Source of the DNA: Tubiluchus corallicola
Lineage: Eukaryota > Animalia > Priapulida
Direction of reading: 5' to 3'
Assembly (NCBI GenBank): GCA_030141605.1
Contig: JAQGDQ010000173.1
Coordinates: 124,001-188,000 of the forward strand
Length of the DNA stretch: 64,000 nt
The position numbers and the translations under genes are program-made. This document shows, piece by piece, positions 48,901 to 63,600 of this stretch; positions within the stretch are counted from its first letter, which is position 1, and each line of letters opens with the position of its first letter. Below the pieces are notes generated by a model that was not told the origin of the DNA, ran no database searches, and worked only from the letters and a program-made list of their open reading frames with translations.

Positions 48901-49371
48901 AGCACTGTACCCAAGGTACAGCGAAGGTGCTCGAACTCAGAACAGCAGTAGCTCTGATATGGGCTGCCTACTTTCTTATTTCTTCTTCCAGCGCCATACT
49001 GTAGGAAATAGCTTTCCGAATAAAAGCGACTATATAAAATCTTGCAAACGCATTAAGCATAGTTAAATGAAATTACTTAACCTTTACTACAATACTTGCT
49101 GTGTAAAGTATTGTAAATATATTAGGTTATGATTATAGTCAAGTAAATCACTAGTTCACAGACCAATAAGTCACTAATTACCTAGAAATTGATTCACGAA
49201 ACCTATTTACAGAACTAGGACTTTATAAGCTTCTTTTCTTGGGGTAAGCCCGTTATGATGTAGGACAGGGCATACAGCTGGTTTTTGCTCACTTAACTCA
49301 GACACAGTAATATGTTTTGTAGTAGGTGAAATATTATTACACTAAATATGTTGTTTCTTTGCAGATAAAAA

Positions 49372-49406
49372 TGTTTTTTAATCCATCATATGACATCTAG
49401 CATAAG

Positions 49407-49442
<36 letters not shown>

Positions 49443-49446
49443 CCTC

Positions 49447-49480
<34 letters not shown>

Positions 49481-49515
49481 CTTATGCTAGATGTCATATG
49501 ATGGATTAAAAAACA
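49372..49515. repeat. Perfect inverted repeat with 41-bp arms around (TA)n
   Basis: tgttttttaatccatcatatgacatctagcataagtcgata and its exact reverse complement. Confidence 0.9.
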
Positions 49516-51649
49516 ATTTATATAATATATATTATTATATTAAATATTATTATTAATAATATTAATATATATATATATATATAGAAAAATGTGTGTATCA
49601 TCTAACAACAACACTAAAACTAAATTTATGCTTCTCTGTCTGCTTTAGTAAACTGTTCGAGACTTTAGCTTTACAAATAACATGTAAAACCAAATAAAAA
49701 CCGCTCTCAGTCTGATTGCTTTAGCTGCATAAAACCAAATACATAGCCACAACAAAAGTTCTCGACGCATACCTTTATTGGTGAAAATTTGAGTTCGGGT
49801 GCCAGACCTTCTAAGGCATAAAATGTAGATACAGAACTAAATCCCTAGCCACATTGAAATTAAAAATTTGTGAGCTAACTAAGTCATTTATATTAATGTA
49901 ATTATTGTAATCATCTCTATTAATTAAAAAACTTTGTGTACAGTAATCAGTAATACGAATAACCATAAGTGCTAAAAAAACCATAATGAACTGCTTCTGT
50001 ACTATATTGTTGGCCTAGTGTTCGACTTGAATTTAACTTAGAATTTACTTGTGTACAGTAAATTTGCCACTCCAAATTTGCACTCTGGTAGTAGGGTTTG
50101 TGAGGTGAATTGTTATTGTGGATGCGCCCAGTCCAGGCAAAGAAACGGCAAAAATCAGTATTGAACTGTGCGATAGACCTGCAATTTATTAAAATAACAG
50201 ATCACAAAAAGTGCTTAAGAACATGCTAAAGCTTATTACTATCGAGACAAAATGAAAAGTTAGATTTAAGAAGACTCAAACACAAATTATTACTTTATGA
50301 TTCTAGAGATTTGAAGCAATTCTAACCAATTTAAACTATTAACTAATTATTAAAGTAGATGGTGACTTACATTTACTGGTGACAACTTTGGCTTGAAAGT
50401 ACAACTAGTGTCTGTTAAATTGTAACAAAATAGACAAAGCAATGCAAGTATCACCAAACGGCATGATCAGCATAGCGGCAACAGAAAATGTAACTACGTG
50501 TAAGAACAAGTGTGACTGATAGGTGGCGTATACTACTAAAGCTTAGGTCACATGACTAAGGCTGGCTTCGTTTTAAACACTTTCAGGAAATGCATGTTTG
50601 TAAAAATGCGAAAAGAAAACAAATAATGATAGAATGCTAGATTAAATTGCTTGACACCAACAGTTATTAAGTACTTTATCTTGTACCTACTGGCTTCTTT
50701 GATGTTACTAAAGGCACAATAGCCTCAACTCTTTTGTAATGACTGATTCATTATGATTGGCTTCTGGTGTTCAATTCCTCATAATTTTAGCAAACTACTT
50801 TAGTTAAGCATAGCAAAAATAAAATTTCCATTAAAAATTTTTTATTGTGTTAATTATCCACTCATCAAAACAATAATTGTTCTTTCATCCTATTTCATTG
50901 AGAAATTATGTGATTAGAATTATAGATATCAACCTTCTGCTTTTATGATTTTTTTATCAACATATTGTATCTTTGCTGGTTTGCAATTTAGTTACATGTA
51001 GGCATCCCATTATAATATATACCACCATTACACTTATAACAGATGGCAGCACCATGCAATTGTGGAAATTTCAATTAACGATGCTCCACACACAAAGGCA
51101 CACATACTTCTACTGAAATATTTTTACTGCCTCATTACACATTGGACAAATTTTTTTTCATACGCGGAATTTTGATTTGATTCTCATTAGCACAGTTGTG
51201 TACTGAAATGGGGATTGAAAGTTCCGAGATTTAATCCTGAAAATCTACATTCCCTAAATTTGTTTTATTGAAACTTATTAGATCTCTAAATATTTTTTAA
51301 CTAGTAGATTTTTGCTCAAGTAGAAAAATGTCATTTGCTGATTTGTTAATGCTAAGTTGTTAAAGTGTTGAATTATAATCTGAATTAATTCATGTTATAT
51401 ATTAATCAGCTGCTTGATGACGTTGCTCGTATAAGATCACAAGATCACTGCAAAGTTACAGCATCACATTCATGCAAATTAAACATATGGGCTGTTTTAG
51501 CTAATCATTAAATATTGTGCTAGTTATGCCATGACTAGTCTGTCATTGTAATACTTACACAAGTCAAAAAAGTGAAATACTAGAATTTGAATAAGTTGTT
51601 GCACCACAGCTTGATAAAAAGGGACTGAAATTTTTTATCTATTAAAATT

Positions 51650-52277
51650 CAGGGATGAGAATTTTCCGCGGATACGCCAAATTCCGAGTTTTTCGAAGAC
51701 CAGTAGTGCCATTTTTGAAAATCGCGTAAATTCGTTGAGGAAATTTTTACGGACCCAGTACATTATTTCACAAGCTGACCGCTAGGTGGCAGGCCGTCAC
51801 TTTGTTTACATCACGTACATTACAGTACAAAATCGCGTAAATTCGTTGAGGAAATTTTTACGGACCCAGTACATTATTTCACAAGCTAACCGCTAGGTGG
51901 CAGGCCGTCACTTTGTTTACATCATGTACATCAGTATAAGTATACAGTATAACATACAGTATAACCACGTGTATATCTCTATGTATAAAAATATAGAATC
52001 GATTATGCGGAGTTATTTGAGTCAATTGCAGACAGTTTTTATATACTTTTGCATAGGAGCGGCCAGTACTTAGGCGTTTTTGAGACAATTAGGCATCATA
52101 TATCTTTGATAGTTGGGTATTTTAAGTTATACATGAAACAAAGTAACTGATATTTTAAGTCCACTTAAAGACTTTCTATGGTCACAAAATTGCAATTTCA
52201 ACCCCATTGGGGCCTATGCTTCCCCAAAACCCCCGGCCTGTTTCAGAGTTTTTTGCAATTAGTCATTCTCGTCCCTG
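51650..52277 (-). mobile_element. CAGGGATGAGAAT-TIR MITE, copy 5 (internal duplication of about 110 bp)
   Basis: Reverse orientation; 6-bp TSD aaaatt. Confidence 0.88.
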
Positions 52278-52479
52278 AAAATTAAGCAATTCTGTGCAAG
52301 ACTGAATGTTTTGAATAGCAAATGTGTAGTATGTGTATGCCATTTTTGGCTTAATTACTGCGACGGCTCACTGATGTTAACCCAGCTGTTAAAACCGATC
52401 AAAACACTGATTACTAGTACTTTAAGTGAATATGCACCGATCGCTTTGAAACAGTAAGTTGGCCAGTACTTGTTAATTA

Positions 52480-53042
52480 AATTTAAACCCATTATCTATT
52501 AACATAAGACATTACTCTACAATATTTAACGAATTTCGTATTAAGTATTGCAGGACTGACGCGGCAAGGCACTTCATCACTAACACTGGCCCTAGACTTT
52601 GGAATAACATCACCGAATACATAAAAAATTCTTTATCTATAAATAACTTCAAAAGAAATCTTAAAAGTGAAATCTTTTCTAATTCTACAGAATAAATCAA
52701 TTTGATTAATTATGCTGCTGTCCCTGTCGGAATCCATTGCGTTGCTGGCTATGTCAATTTTTACATTTCTATAGTTCACGTTACTTCATACAGATACCAT
52801 CACATCTTTCTCCTCTTTCTATTCTCTATTAACCTTTCTTTCTACTCCTTTACTGCTCTTTTCTATTACACTCAGACCACATTCATTTGGGGTGCTCTAA
52901 ACAAGTAATTACTTCTTGAGTACCCCACGAGTCATTTGCGGCTTGGCATCTTGTACACTTAATAATAAATATGCTATTAAATACTTTTATGTACAATGCT
53001 GTAATGGTCGTTGTGGATATATTTAATAAATAAATAATAAAT
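52480..53042 (+). mobile_element. 5'-truncated L2/CR1-group LINE 3' end
   Basis: Encodes an ORF2-like C-terminus [40 protein letters not shown], then 3'UTR and (TAAA)n tail. Confidence 0.75.
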
Positions 53043-53415
53043 CTCGTAATTGATAAGCATAGCAGTATTTTCTCTTCTGACTTGAATGAACTATGAACGT
53101 GCTATTTACACATTGGTACTTGTAATTCTATACGCTTGAAAGTAGTACTCAGGGGTTTTTATACATTGTGTTTGTGTTGAGTGTGCTTTGTGCGTGCGCG
53201 GCATGTGCGGGGCGTATGACTGGCGTAGGGCATCATTATAACTAAACTTCGCCTTTTTTATATGAAACATTTAGCCATTTGTACATGTTTTCATCCCCTC
53301 TCTTTCAGATAATTGTGTTTCCAAAGCAATGAACGGTGAAGCAAGTTTATGGAAAACTCACTTTGAAACCAAGGCATGTCATTCCTCAACTTAACAAAGT
53401 AAGCAAAAGAGCAGA

Positions 53416-54610
53416 ATGGTTCGGTGTAGCAGAAAAAGTGGTCCGGTCAGCCAAAAACTGACTGGAGGCGAACACTCTGCAGAGAGCACGAACAGTCAGG
53501 AATGCACAGAGAAGAAGCGCAAGAAATCACTACCAGTGACTGCGCAAGCTGAAAAGTTGATTATTACGGTAAGAATTTGCATCATGTCTTACAATTGTTA
53601 ATTGTTTTTGAAAAATATGCTCAACATTCTCAGTGCTGGGGTTTTTTTTTAGTTTTACTAACCTGATGGTATCCGGAATGTCTTTAGAAAATTGTCTTCA
53701 TGTAATAAAATGTTGGATAGAATTGCGTTAGTAGCAGATTTGCTAGCAGATGGCAGTACTGTCTTTATCTGCATTAATTTCCCAAAGTGTTGCTAAGGAG
53801 ACAAGTGTGACAGTTATTTAGTTAGGATGCCAGGTTAGTCAATTTACTGCACTTGATCTGGTTCTATGTTACGGCCTGCTTTCCTGTTCTAAACTGTGTG
53901 CGAAGCTACAAGCGGAAAATTAATTTTTTTTCTTCCTTTGGCTCTAGGTCCTCGTAACATTAATTTTAAATATATAATAGTTAAATTATTATTTAAAGAT
54001 AGTCACGTGTGTCTCTTCTTTCCCATTATTGAAAATTATTTTATTATAAACTAACACATTCGTATAATAATTCAATGTTCATTCGTCTTAAATGCAAAAT
54101 CTGATAATTTTTAATTACCTGGTACATGCGCATTAACTAATTAATTATATTAGTAAAAATCCTGCGAGGGTGGCTGACCTCGATAACTTATAGTTCTTTC
54201 GCCACCCTTTCACCACTAATCAATAATTACTTTTGCACTTTGTAATATTATTGTATGTTGTATAGAGTTATAAATCTCTTAGTTATGTATTTTGCTATTT
54301 TAAAAATGGTGATAAACTAATAAACTTACTTACTTACTTACCAGGTTGGATTTGTTCACCCGAGTTTCTCACCTATGCGACCTAGTTAGTTTTAGCTAAG
54401 TTATTAGTTATTATGGTTGTGTTTCTGTCGGATGTTTAAAAGCATAAGCTTTTGCAAACACCAAACTAATTTTTTTCCGTGATTCTAATTTCCAGATCCA
54501 TTGCTCGTAAAGTATTTAAACAGTAAAATGTTAAAATAGGAGTTTACACTCTCTCTCTTTCTTTCGTTTTCTTTTTCTCTCTATATCTCTCTCTCTCTCT
54601 ATCTCTCTCA

Positions 54611-54653
<43 letters not shown>

Positions 54654-57600
54654 TCTCTCTCTTTCTCTCTCTCCCTCTATTGCTCCCTCCCTCATCCAGC
54701 TTCTTTCTGTTTAACTTTTCTCGTCTTTTTTCTTTTAACTCTCTAATTCTTTCTTTTCTGTCTTCTGTGACCATCTCTTTCTGCTTTCCGCCCACTCACA
54801 TTATCTTCTCTCTCTCTCTCTCTTTATCTCACACTGTTTTTCGTTTCTCTTTTCTACTGCTTGCTCAGCAACGTGTCATTTAATGCTTTGATTTCGACTT
54901 CTGGAAATTTGTTATTGCTTTTATTTTCCATGTGATAAATTATGTTGACAATGCGCACGAAATTGCATTTTTATTATTATTATTATTATTATCACATTCA
55001 GTACAATATAATGACATTAAGCACACAGTGACATCAAAATTATTACGTCATACTGTATTAAATTGTTATGTTTCATACACTATCGTTATCGTAAAAGAAT
55101 AATTGTACAGCAGTGGGCTAGAGAAGCAAAGGCTTGTATAAGCCCACTGTCATGTGAACTGTAATAAATGATTATGTTTCATACACTATCGTTATCATAA
55201 AAGAATAATTGTACTGCAGTGGGCTAGAGAAGCAAAGGTTTGTATAAGTCCACTGTCATGTGAACCCGATAAAAAAAGAATGGATGAGTGAACCAAAAAA
55301 AAGAACTGGGAGAAAGGTTAGATCACACAGGAAGGGTAGAAGGATGTGTTAGTGGAAATGGTAGGAAGAAAGATAATAGATTGTGCTATGTTGACATCAG
55401 CTCTAAAGATTTATCAATGATGCCTTGTTTTGCATAATCTGTACATGCTTACTTTAGACTGTTAAACAGAACGTTGAATTTTGCCAACATAACATCTGGG
55501 TGGAGTATTAGTGTGGCTTCAATACTGAAAGCTGAATGAAAGCGAACATTTGAAACTGATCGAATGACCCTGGATCAACTTTGTGTAGGTGTCTGTTTCT
55601 CTTTGTCGCTTCTGAAATCTGTGAACATTGGTGAAATGGGTGTATGTATTAGCTGTCATATTTTGGTGATCATGCTTGGATGGTAAAAAAGACGAAAATC
55701 CTCATCAACCTACAGAATCAGTCAGATTTGACAGACGATATTCTTGAGTGGTGTAAAAATAAACTTTAGAACTTGAACACTAGAGGTCGCCGCCATTTCA
55801 ATGTGTCAATAAAATGCACACGCAATATAGACCTCAGCAGCTAGCTTCCCAGGGCTCGATTGTAAACATTTAATCGATCTCAGGTATTTGTGTGCAGGTA
55901 CAGTTAGCTATATCTGTTAGCTGTCATGATAATTACAAATTATGTCGGCTCAATTCCTGACGTAATATTTAATTATTTGGTGACTTTGTCACTACGTTTT
56001 AATATACGCACGTATACGAATGATCCCACGTCTTGTTGCTTTTGCATATTAAAATTTACTGCACAATTTGTGGTGAAAAGATCTTGCACTCCTTCTTATT
56101 ATGAAGCTATCATTGGATTATTCCTGACAGTAGAAATTTTTGCGCGCCTTTGTCAAGACGCAAATTTATGCTTGCATAAAAATTTATAATAAGTTTGATT
56201 TTTGCCGCGAGCGTGGGTGCTTATAAAATTCTTCCACTCTGACGCATTAAAAGTGGGCCCCTTTGAATAGCCTTTTATGAACGCCTGATATAAAAGCTTG
56301 TTTGGCTGCCAAGATTATAGAAGAAAAATCACGATGGTACGTCGCGATACATTGTCGCTTGCTTGTAGGCATTAACGTCTCATACAAAGACCTCTTACTA
56401 AGCTCCCATGGTGAAGGGTTGCAGATGGGGCATGGGAATTTCACTTGCTGGATTCGATGTGTGCAATATTGAAAGATTTCGTGCGATATAAAACATTTAC
56501 GCCGCATGGGAACATTAATGATTTGGGATGGTCTGAATCATCACATCAGATTGCCACCTGGCTTTTTAACACGTTTTTAATTTCACAGTTTGCGGGAATT
56601 TCATTTTTCAAGTACTGTAGAAACGTGCCATGAGCTAAATTTATTATAAATTTCACTTGTGAATTAAAGGGCAATCACACCTCTAATGAAGAAGTTGTTG
56701 TGTTTAGCGTCGTAAGTGTTAATCACAAAATCTGGAGGAGGACTCGAAAGCTCAATGCTCCTTCCTTCTTTTCACAGTAACTCGCATAGTTTTTTCAATG
56801 TTATATCAATTTATATGTATGTTTGAGTTGCTGTGGAATGAATTCATAATTCATAAAAAAACTATTCACACAACCCAACATACGTAAACGATAATATATA
56901 TTCATCCGCAAATTTTATTTACCCACGTCCATTTTAAATTGTATGTATATATTGTATATAGTCTATTATAATTTGCGTAACATTGTAATGTATATTTTGT
57001 TTTAAATTTTTGCCACAGTAGTTTTTAGTTTGCACTGGACGCATTTGCCTTTAACAGTTGTGTGAATTTTATTCTCATGCTGTGATGTTCTTTTATGCTT
57101 TTATGGTTATGAATATCGATTTTTATGGCAAATAAAGATTATATATATATATGTACAATAGAAAGTTAGTTGAGTCTTAGTTGCAAATGACAACGTAGTG
57201 TAGCATTCTAGACGTTAAAAACTATTAAACATCTCTTGTTCAAATTCTGGTCGATGTGCAATGTTGTAATTGCTGTACTGGCGCCTTTCTTTCATTTCAA
57301 TTTAAATGATTTTTTCGCTTTTCCGAGCATGCAGTCTATTAATAATTTTTCATCTCGCTACTTCCTACGCTTTCTGCATTCGCTTTTAATCTTTTCATTT
57401 TTGTTTTTTCGCATTTTCTTCATTTTATTTAGTTCAGTTGCCCTTTGGAGTTTCATCGAATGGTAGCTATGCGCGTATTTAATTGATTTAGAAAATTAAT
57501 ATTCTTGTAATTTTTATCGCGACGCCAACTTAGACTTTACCTAGTAAGTCTTTTTGCGTAGACTCTTACTCTAGTATTCAGTTATCGTATTCTGTTAACC

Positions 57601-60600
57601 CCAACACTCAGCTTCGTGGCCAAGTTTATGTGACGACTGATCTTTTAATTTATCTCATCCATCCATCCGGTGCCTAAATCCCTTTTATATCAGGGCGAGT
57701 AGCAATGTATATTGTACTACTAGGCTGATTTCTACTCAAAAACGTTAAGGCGCACACATATGCTTGCTCAATGCTACAACAACACAAAACAAATTTGGGT
57801 TTATAAATGTTCTACCGCCGTTACGCACAGCTAAATATATATTACTCTTTATCTTTTCAGCTGTAAAGTTATACATTCATAATGCTTCTTCTTTTGACCA
57901 TTATGTCCTTCAGTAGGCAGACTGCATAAATTTTTCTCTCTCCAAATAACAACCATCTCAAGCATTCTTCATCTGTTACTCTTTGCTAAGGGATCTTGTT
58001 TCTCATCTGTGTGTAAAACTCATAACTTAATATTATGTGTTCTGCAGTTTCAATATCTTTACTACATTTACAAAGTCTTTTTTCTATGCAGTAACCTACT
58101 TTCCAAGCAATCAAGGGATTTCCCAATACTTCTAATGCACCAACCCTAGCTTCGACAAGCAATTCCGCACCCCATGTATCGTTCATCCAGGGTTCAAATG
58201 ATATACAACTTTTGCAATCTCTATATCTTTCTACTGTCGAACATTTACTTAATTTTTCATTTCATATTTTTAATCCCGTTTCTGCTATAGTTTTCTCGAT
58301 ATGCACATCCCATGCTTTTTCACACTGTTCTGCAAGTTCAATACGTTTACCACATTTCTATGTGATAATCTACTTTCCAAGCATACAATCGTAATGCCTA
58401 GCAGACATCTCTGTGTTTGGCCTTTGCGCGACCCCAGGGTGTTTGGCTAGCGTTTGTACTTACTACTGGCTGGCCTTGCTTTGTGGAATGCTCTGGTTTA
58501 CGTTTTTGTTGTTTTGGTTCTACAGGCATGGTTGAACTTGGACATCCACAGCTTGACCGCTGACGTATTTGTTGACTCTTTCTCTTTTCGTCAAAGTTAT
58601 TAAAACTTTTTGTACGACTATGACTTGGTAATTAGTCTCAGACATTTGTTTACACGAACTTTGCGTTTCTTTTTCTCAAATTCATTTCACCACGAGAGTG
58701 ATTTTTTTACTAATAATATTAATGTAAAGTTGGCTTATTTTTAAATTGTTGAATGTATGATTGTCTTATTGTTGCATTTTAGTGATTTTTTGCAGAAAAT
58801 TAACAATGAGTAACAATTGTGTGAGATTTTGTTTCAATTTTTTTGAGTTATTATTTTTTAATGTGTTATGATTCTTTGGAGTTATTGTTTTTAGTGTGTT
58901 ATGATTTTTTGGAGTTATTGTTTTTTAATGTGTTATGATTCTTTGGAGTTATTGTTTTTTAATGTGTTATGATTCTTTGGAGTTATTGTTTTTTAATGTG
59001 TTATGATTCTTTGGAGTTATTGTTTTTTAATGTGTTATGATTCTGTGGAGTTATTGTTTTTTAGTGTGTTATGATTCTTTGGAGTTATTGTTTTTAGTGT
59101 GTTATGATTCTTTGGAGTTATTGTTTTTTAGTGTGTTATGATTCTGTGGAGTTATTGTTTTTAGTGTGTTATGATTCTTTGGAGTTATTGTTTTTTAATG
59201 TGTTATGATTCTTTGGAGTTGGCCTTTGGGACAAGCTTAACCATACCGTAAACATAATAGAAACATGGACGGGCCATTTTATCCCATTTATAACATTCAA
59301 CATAATTGCTGCTTGAAAATGTGCTCTGTATAGACGTTTGTGCTAGCGTCTATGTGGCTAGCATAAATACATGCTTGTGCAGCAGCTAGCGTATTATTGA
59401 GCGTCAGCTTGGAGGGCTGGCCAGGCAGCACGTAGACACGTAGTAAGAAATTCGTTCAGCGTAGTACTAGCAATACTAGGCTTAGCCTTCATTCATGCCT
59501 GTCATTCAGCCATGTTGTGCTTGTTGCGTGCGTAGGACTGCAGACTTACTTCTTTGTGTTAACTGCTTTTTATCATTACTGCACCGTGCACCGATTATTG
59601 GATTTTTATTTTCAAAGACGTAGAGAACGTTCAATCGTACAGTAGGGCGCGGGAGAAAATTGAGTGTTTGTTCTCAGCTATTGATTTGCCATGCTGCTAA
59701 CTGTGTTAATTTTATTCATCGCAAACCTCAGTGTGTAGATAAGGTCGTTTGTGTCATCAGTGCAGCTCATTTTTATTTTTTATGCTTGTGAATAATGGAT
59801 TTCGTATTTCAACGGTGAACTGTTTTGTGTGTGTCTGGTTATTGAACTGATTATAAGCTCATGGGAATAATAAAGAGTAAGAGTTTCGTTGTAGTGGTAA
59901 TGTGACATCGTTTGCAGGAGCTGGCTTCCATGTACGTCGAGCGACAGGCTGCTCTCAGGCCTCCCTTTTGGTTTCTGTATGGCACGTGAATTGCAACTGT
60001 AGTAGCAACATTGTGAGCAGGTGACTAGATAACAGTAATAACTTTTGCAAAAACAGTATTGTGTTCTGCGGTTTCAACAGCTGCTGTAGAATTTCGCATT
60101 GAAGTCAAATAGAAGTTGCAGACATCACATTGTTTGTGCATGGGAATTCAACCTATTGTAATTGATTTCGTTTGCTCTTTGTGCCAGTGCACATAGATAG
60201 GTTTATAAAAATGCTATACAAGTATACATGCTCTTTGTGCCAGTGCACATAGATAGGTTTATAAAAATGCTACACTAGAATACCGTGGATGCACATGATC
60301 CTCTTCACCATATCGGCAAGCAAACTGACATCAATAAAAAGTGACAGTTTGCTAGATCAAAAGCACTTATCTTTCTCACATTGTACACATAAATTTCTTC
60401 TTTTTTACCAATCAAAAATTACTATTACTGTTTACTCGTCTTTCGTTAGACTTTTAGCAGCGACAGCTCGATCGTACATAGAATCGAACTTTTCTTAATT
60501 TATCTACGTGAGTATCACTAATTATCTTGCACAGATAATGCCCATTTATACATGTATATTGACCTACATCCAAACATATGTTTTGTAGTATCATCTGCAA

Positions 60601-63600
60601 AATGAAGAAGAGGATGCAAATCTGTCCTTGTTCATTATTAGCCATCGAATCTTTGAAAGTTTGCAGACCTTGTCTTAATTGTCCTTCTCCAGTACGACAC
60701 TTGAAGTAGTAACCAAGGTTACGGCAGTAGCTCAAGTGGTTATTACTGTTTCATCCATTGTGTTAGGACGTAAAGAGTTAAAGAAACAAAGTTTTCTGCA
60801 AATCTGTTTAACACAATTACCTGTCCTTTTAAAGTGCACAGCTGATGTGTGTTGTGGTGGCGAGTAGAGGTGGTGATGATGATGATGATAATGACGTCGC
60901 TATGGTGTCCGAGCTCCTTCCACTCCTACACAATAACCTTTACTTTTAACTTTATGTTCTAAGTGTTAATATTGTGCTGTTTTGTCTGAATTATTGTGAA
61001 ACAATCTCAGTAACTGTTTACTTTCTTGTATGCACAACTGGTATGAGTGAATTTATTCAATTCAATTTCAATTTATTTCTTTCTTTATAGTGTTACAATA
61101 AAACATGATTAATAAAAGAATCTCTAATAAGTTTTGAAAAATGGTTAAAATGTATAGATAGATCTAGAACTAGAGCCTATTAATAACAGAATCAAGAAAG
61201 TTAATGGTAATGAGAATTGCTTGGTGTCTCTTGAGTCCAGGGCTAAATCCAATAGGCTCTACTTTGCTACGATGTTCCTGTGTATCGTGTACTTTTGCAA
61301 CTTCAGTGAACACACGAAACTTCAAGACGTTTTAAAATGCACATTCTGGGTACTTAAAGTTGCACAAAACTTAAAACTTGAGAAAGTTTAAAAATATTTT
61401 GTAAACCTTTAACGTCACTTTACATTAGTTTCTTCCCAGATTAAAATTAGGCGGAGATCACTATGTTACTGCATTTATAGATAAATTAGCACAACAAAAC
61501 CAAAAAAAACGAAATGCATTACTCAGTAAATATAAAGATTTAATGTAAGTTTTTGCACTTTTTGGTACACTTATTATATGCCTCTTCGTTTTTGCTAACT
61601 TCTCATATAACTTCTCTTATAAGACCAAGATTTATAAAACTTCGTATATAAATATTCGTATAATACTTGGTGAATAAATAACCTCATTTTTCAGGCTTTA
61701 TTAAGTAAAGTTGAAGTAGCTTACTAAGAAACTATGATGGATTTGGTACTTTGCATTGCGGTTTTGGTTAAGGTCGACTTAGATTACCATTGATTATTGA
61801 CGTTAAATTATTAAATCTTTATATAAAAAGTCATAATAAAATTTAATACTGTAATATCTTTATATAAGATATTATAAAATTTAATATTGTAATTATTATT
61901 TACTAGCTTTTATTTACGAAATTTTATTAATCTTATTATTTGAAAGAAAACAGTCTTTTTTGCAAAAGAAAGAAGTTCTCCTACTTGTACTAACTAACTA
62001 CCAGATGCAGAAATGCTTTGGATATAGTGAGCAAGTGGATTTTGTCATCATCTTGATCTGATAATATAATGAAATGATGAAATAGTGTATAAAATGAACA
62101 TGTAATGTATGTGTGTCTAATGCAGGGGTGTGCAGATTGCGGCCCTCAGGCCACTTGCAGCCCGCCGAAGAGATTTGTCAACCTAATGAAAGTGCGGCCC
62201 GGGCGATTAATTGAGTGTATCCAGCTGAAGTCCGTGCCACGATCCCAAAGATAGTGCGGGTAGTTTTTTTCTACTAGATCGGATGCCATTAACCCTTACA
62301 AGACGGTTGTAGCTTAATGTCACTGTACTACACAGACTGTGTGATACACATTACTAATATGCATTGTAATGAAATTACCACTATCTCCCCTGAAAGTAGA
62401 AATATATGGTTTGTAATACATTTAATAACTTCTAAAATAGTTTGAGTGCAGTAGTAATGATGTACGCAGGTCGGATGCAAAAAAAATCGTTATTAGGCCT
62501 TTCTGTACTTGGCTGCTTGATCAAACTGCCTGTGGCCCGCAGGAATTGCGGGAAAGTTTAATGTGGCCCGGCTAGTCAGATAATTTGCACACCCCTGGTC
62601 TAATGTGTACCCGTGCATATGTATGAATGCACAAAATTATCAATAACCATGCTGAAGTCAATAGTAAGATGCCAGTTTTTATTTTTAGGAGGAAAACGAT
62701 GACACGGCAGATGAGGACCAAGTTGACTTAGAGGACACGACATCTGACAGTAGCCAGCTTCCTGTTAATATGCAGCATTATTATGCCGAAGCCAAGTTGC
62801 ATGGTATTAAGTCCCATCGGAAAAATAGGGTTGATTATAAGGATCCGGATATGCCTTATCCACCCAATGTTGAGCTGCCACATCATCTGATGAATGGTGG
62901 TTTGCACAAGTCTTTTGAAAATAAAGACCGTGGTAGTCGATTACCTTATAATGCTTCCACTCAGAGTCAAGTTAAAAATCTACAGAGACAAAGTGATTAC
63001 TTTGAAAGACCTAGCGAGTTTTATGGCCTCAACATGGATCATTTCAATAAATCGTCAGCTATTGAGCCTGTAGTGTCATCGCATCGAGGCTTTAATACCT
63101 TATCTAGTTGTCAATCATCAGCTTTACCAGACGCTTCACAAGTTTCCGAACTGTTACAACAACAACAGCAGCAGCAGCAGCAGCGACAACAACATGGCAG
63201 CAATTTAAGTTTATCTACAGTGCAAACATCGCCACTCTCTTCGTATTTTGTCCAAACTGGTCCAATTGATACAACTTCATTAAAATTTCGTTTTCGAAAG
63301 CAAGCTTCTCCCCCATTACACCAGGATGTCAGTCCCGCTTATCAGTCGTACAACACTGCCATTAATGTACCAAAGCAACAAGTTGGAAAGCGCATAGAGG
63401 AGAGGATACCAGTGTCCTCTAGCTGCTTGAATGTATCCTCGTTACCCAGTGTAAATCGTGACCAACATTCGTATCAGCAAGTACGTGGGACTTTATCTAA
63501 TAGTGATGTTTCAATGCTGAGAAATCGTGGTGATTACCATAGTTTGACTAATGTGCAGTCACGATGTGAAAGTGCCACAGACAGACTTATTAAGCCACAT

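Noticed and set aside
54544-54883. ER-rich and SL-rich ORFs
   Set aside because: Translations of the (CT)n tract.
55770-56760. Moderately GC-rich stretch with several short ORFs
   Set aside because: No recognisable motifs, termini or splice-consistent frame; probably decayed mobile DNA but unsupported.
60454-60735. Possible RT remnant (LLHFADDTT on the minus strand) or 93-aa ORF
   Set aside because: A single short motif with no supporting flanking RT blocks.
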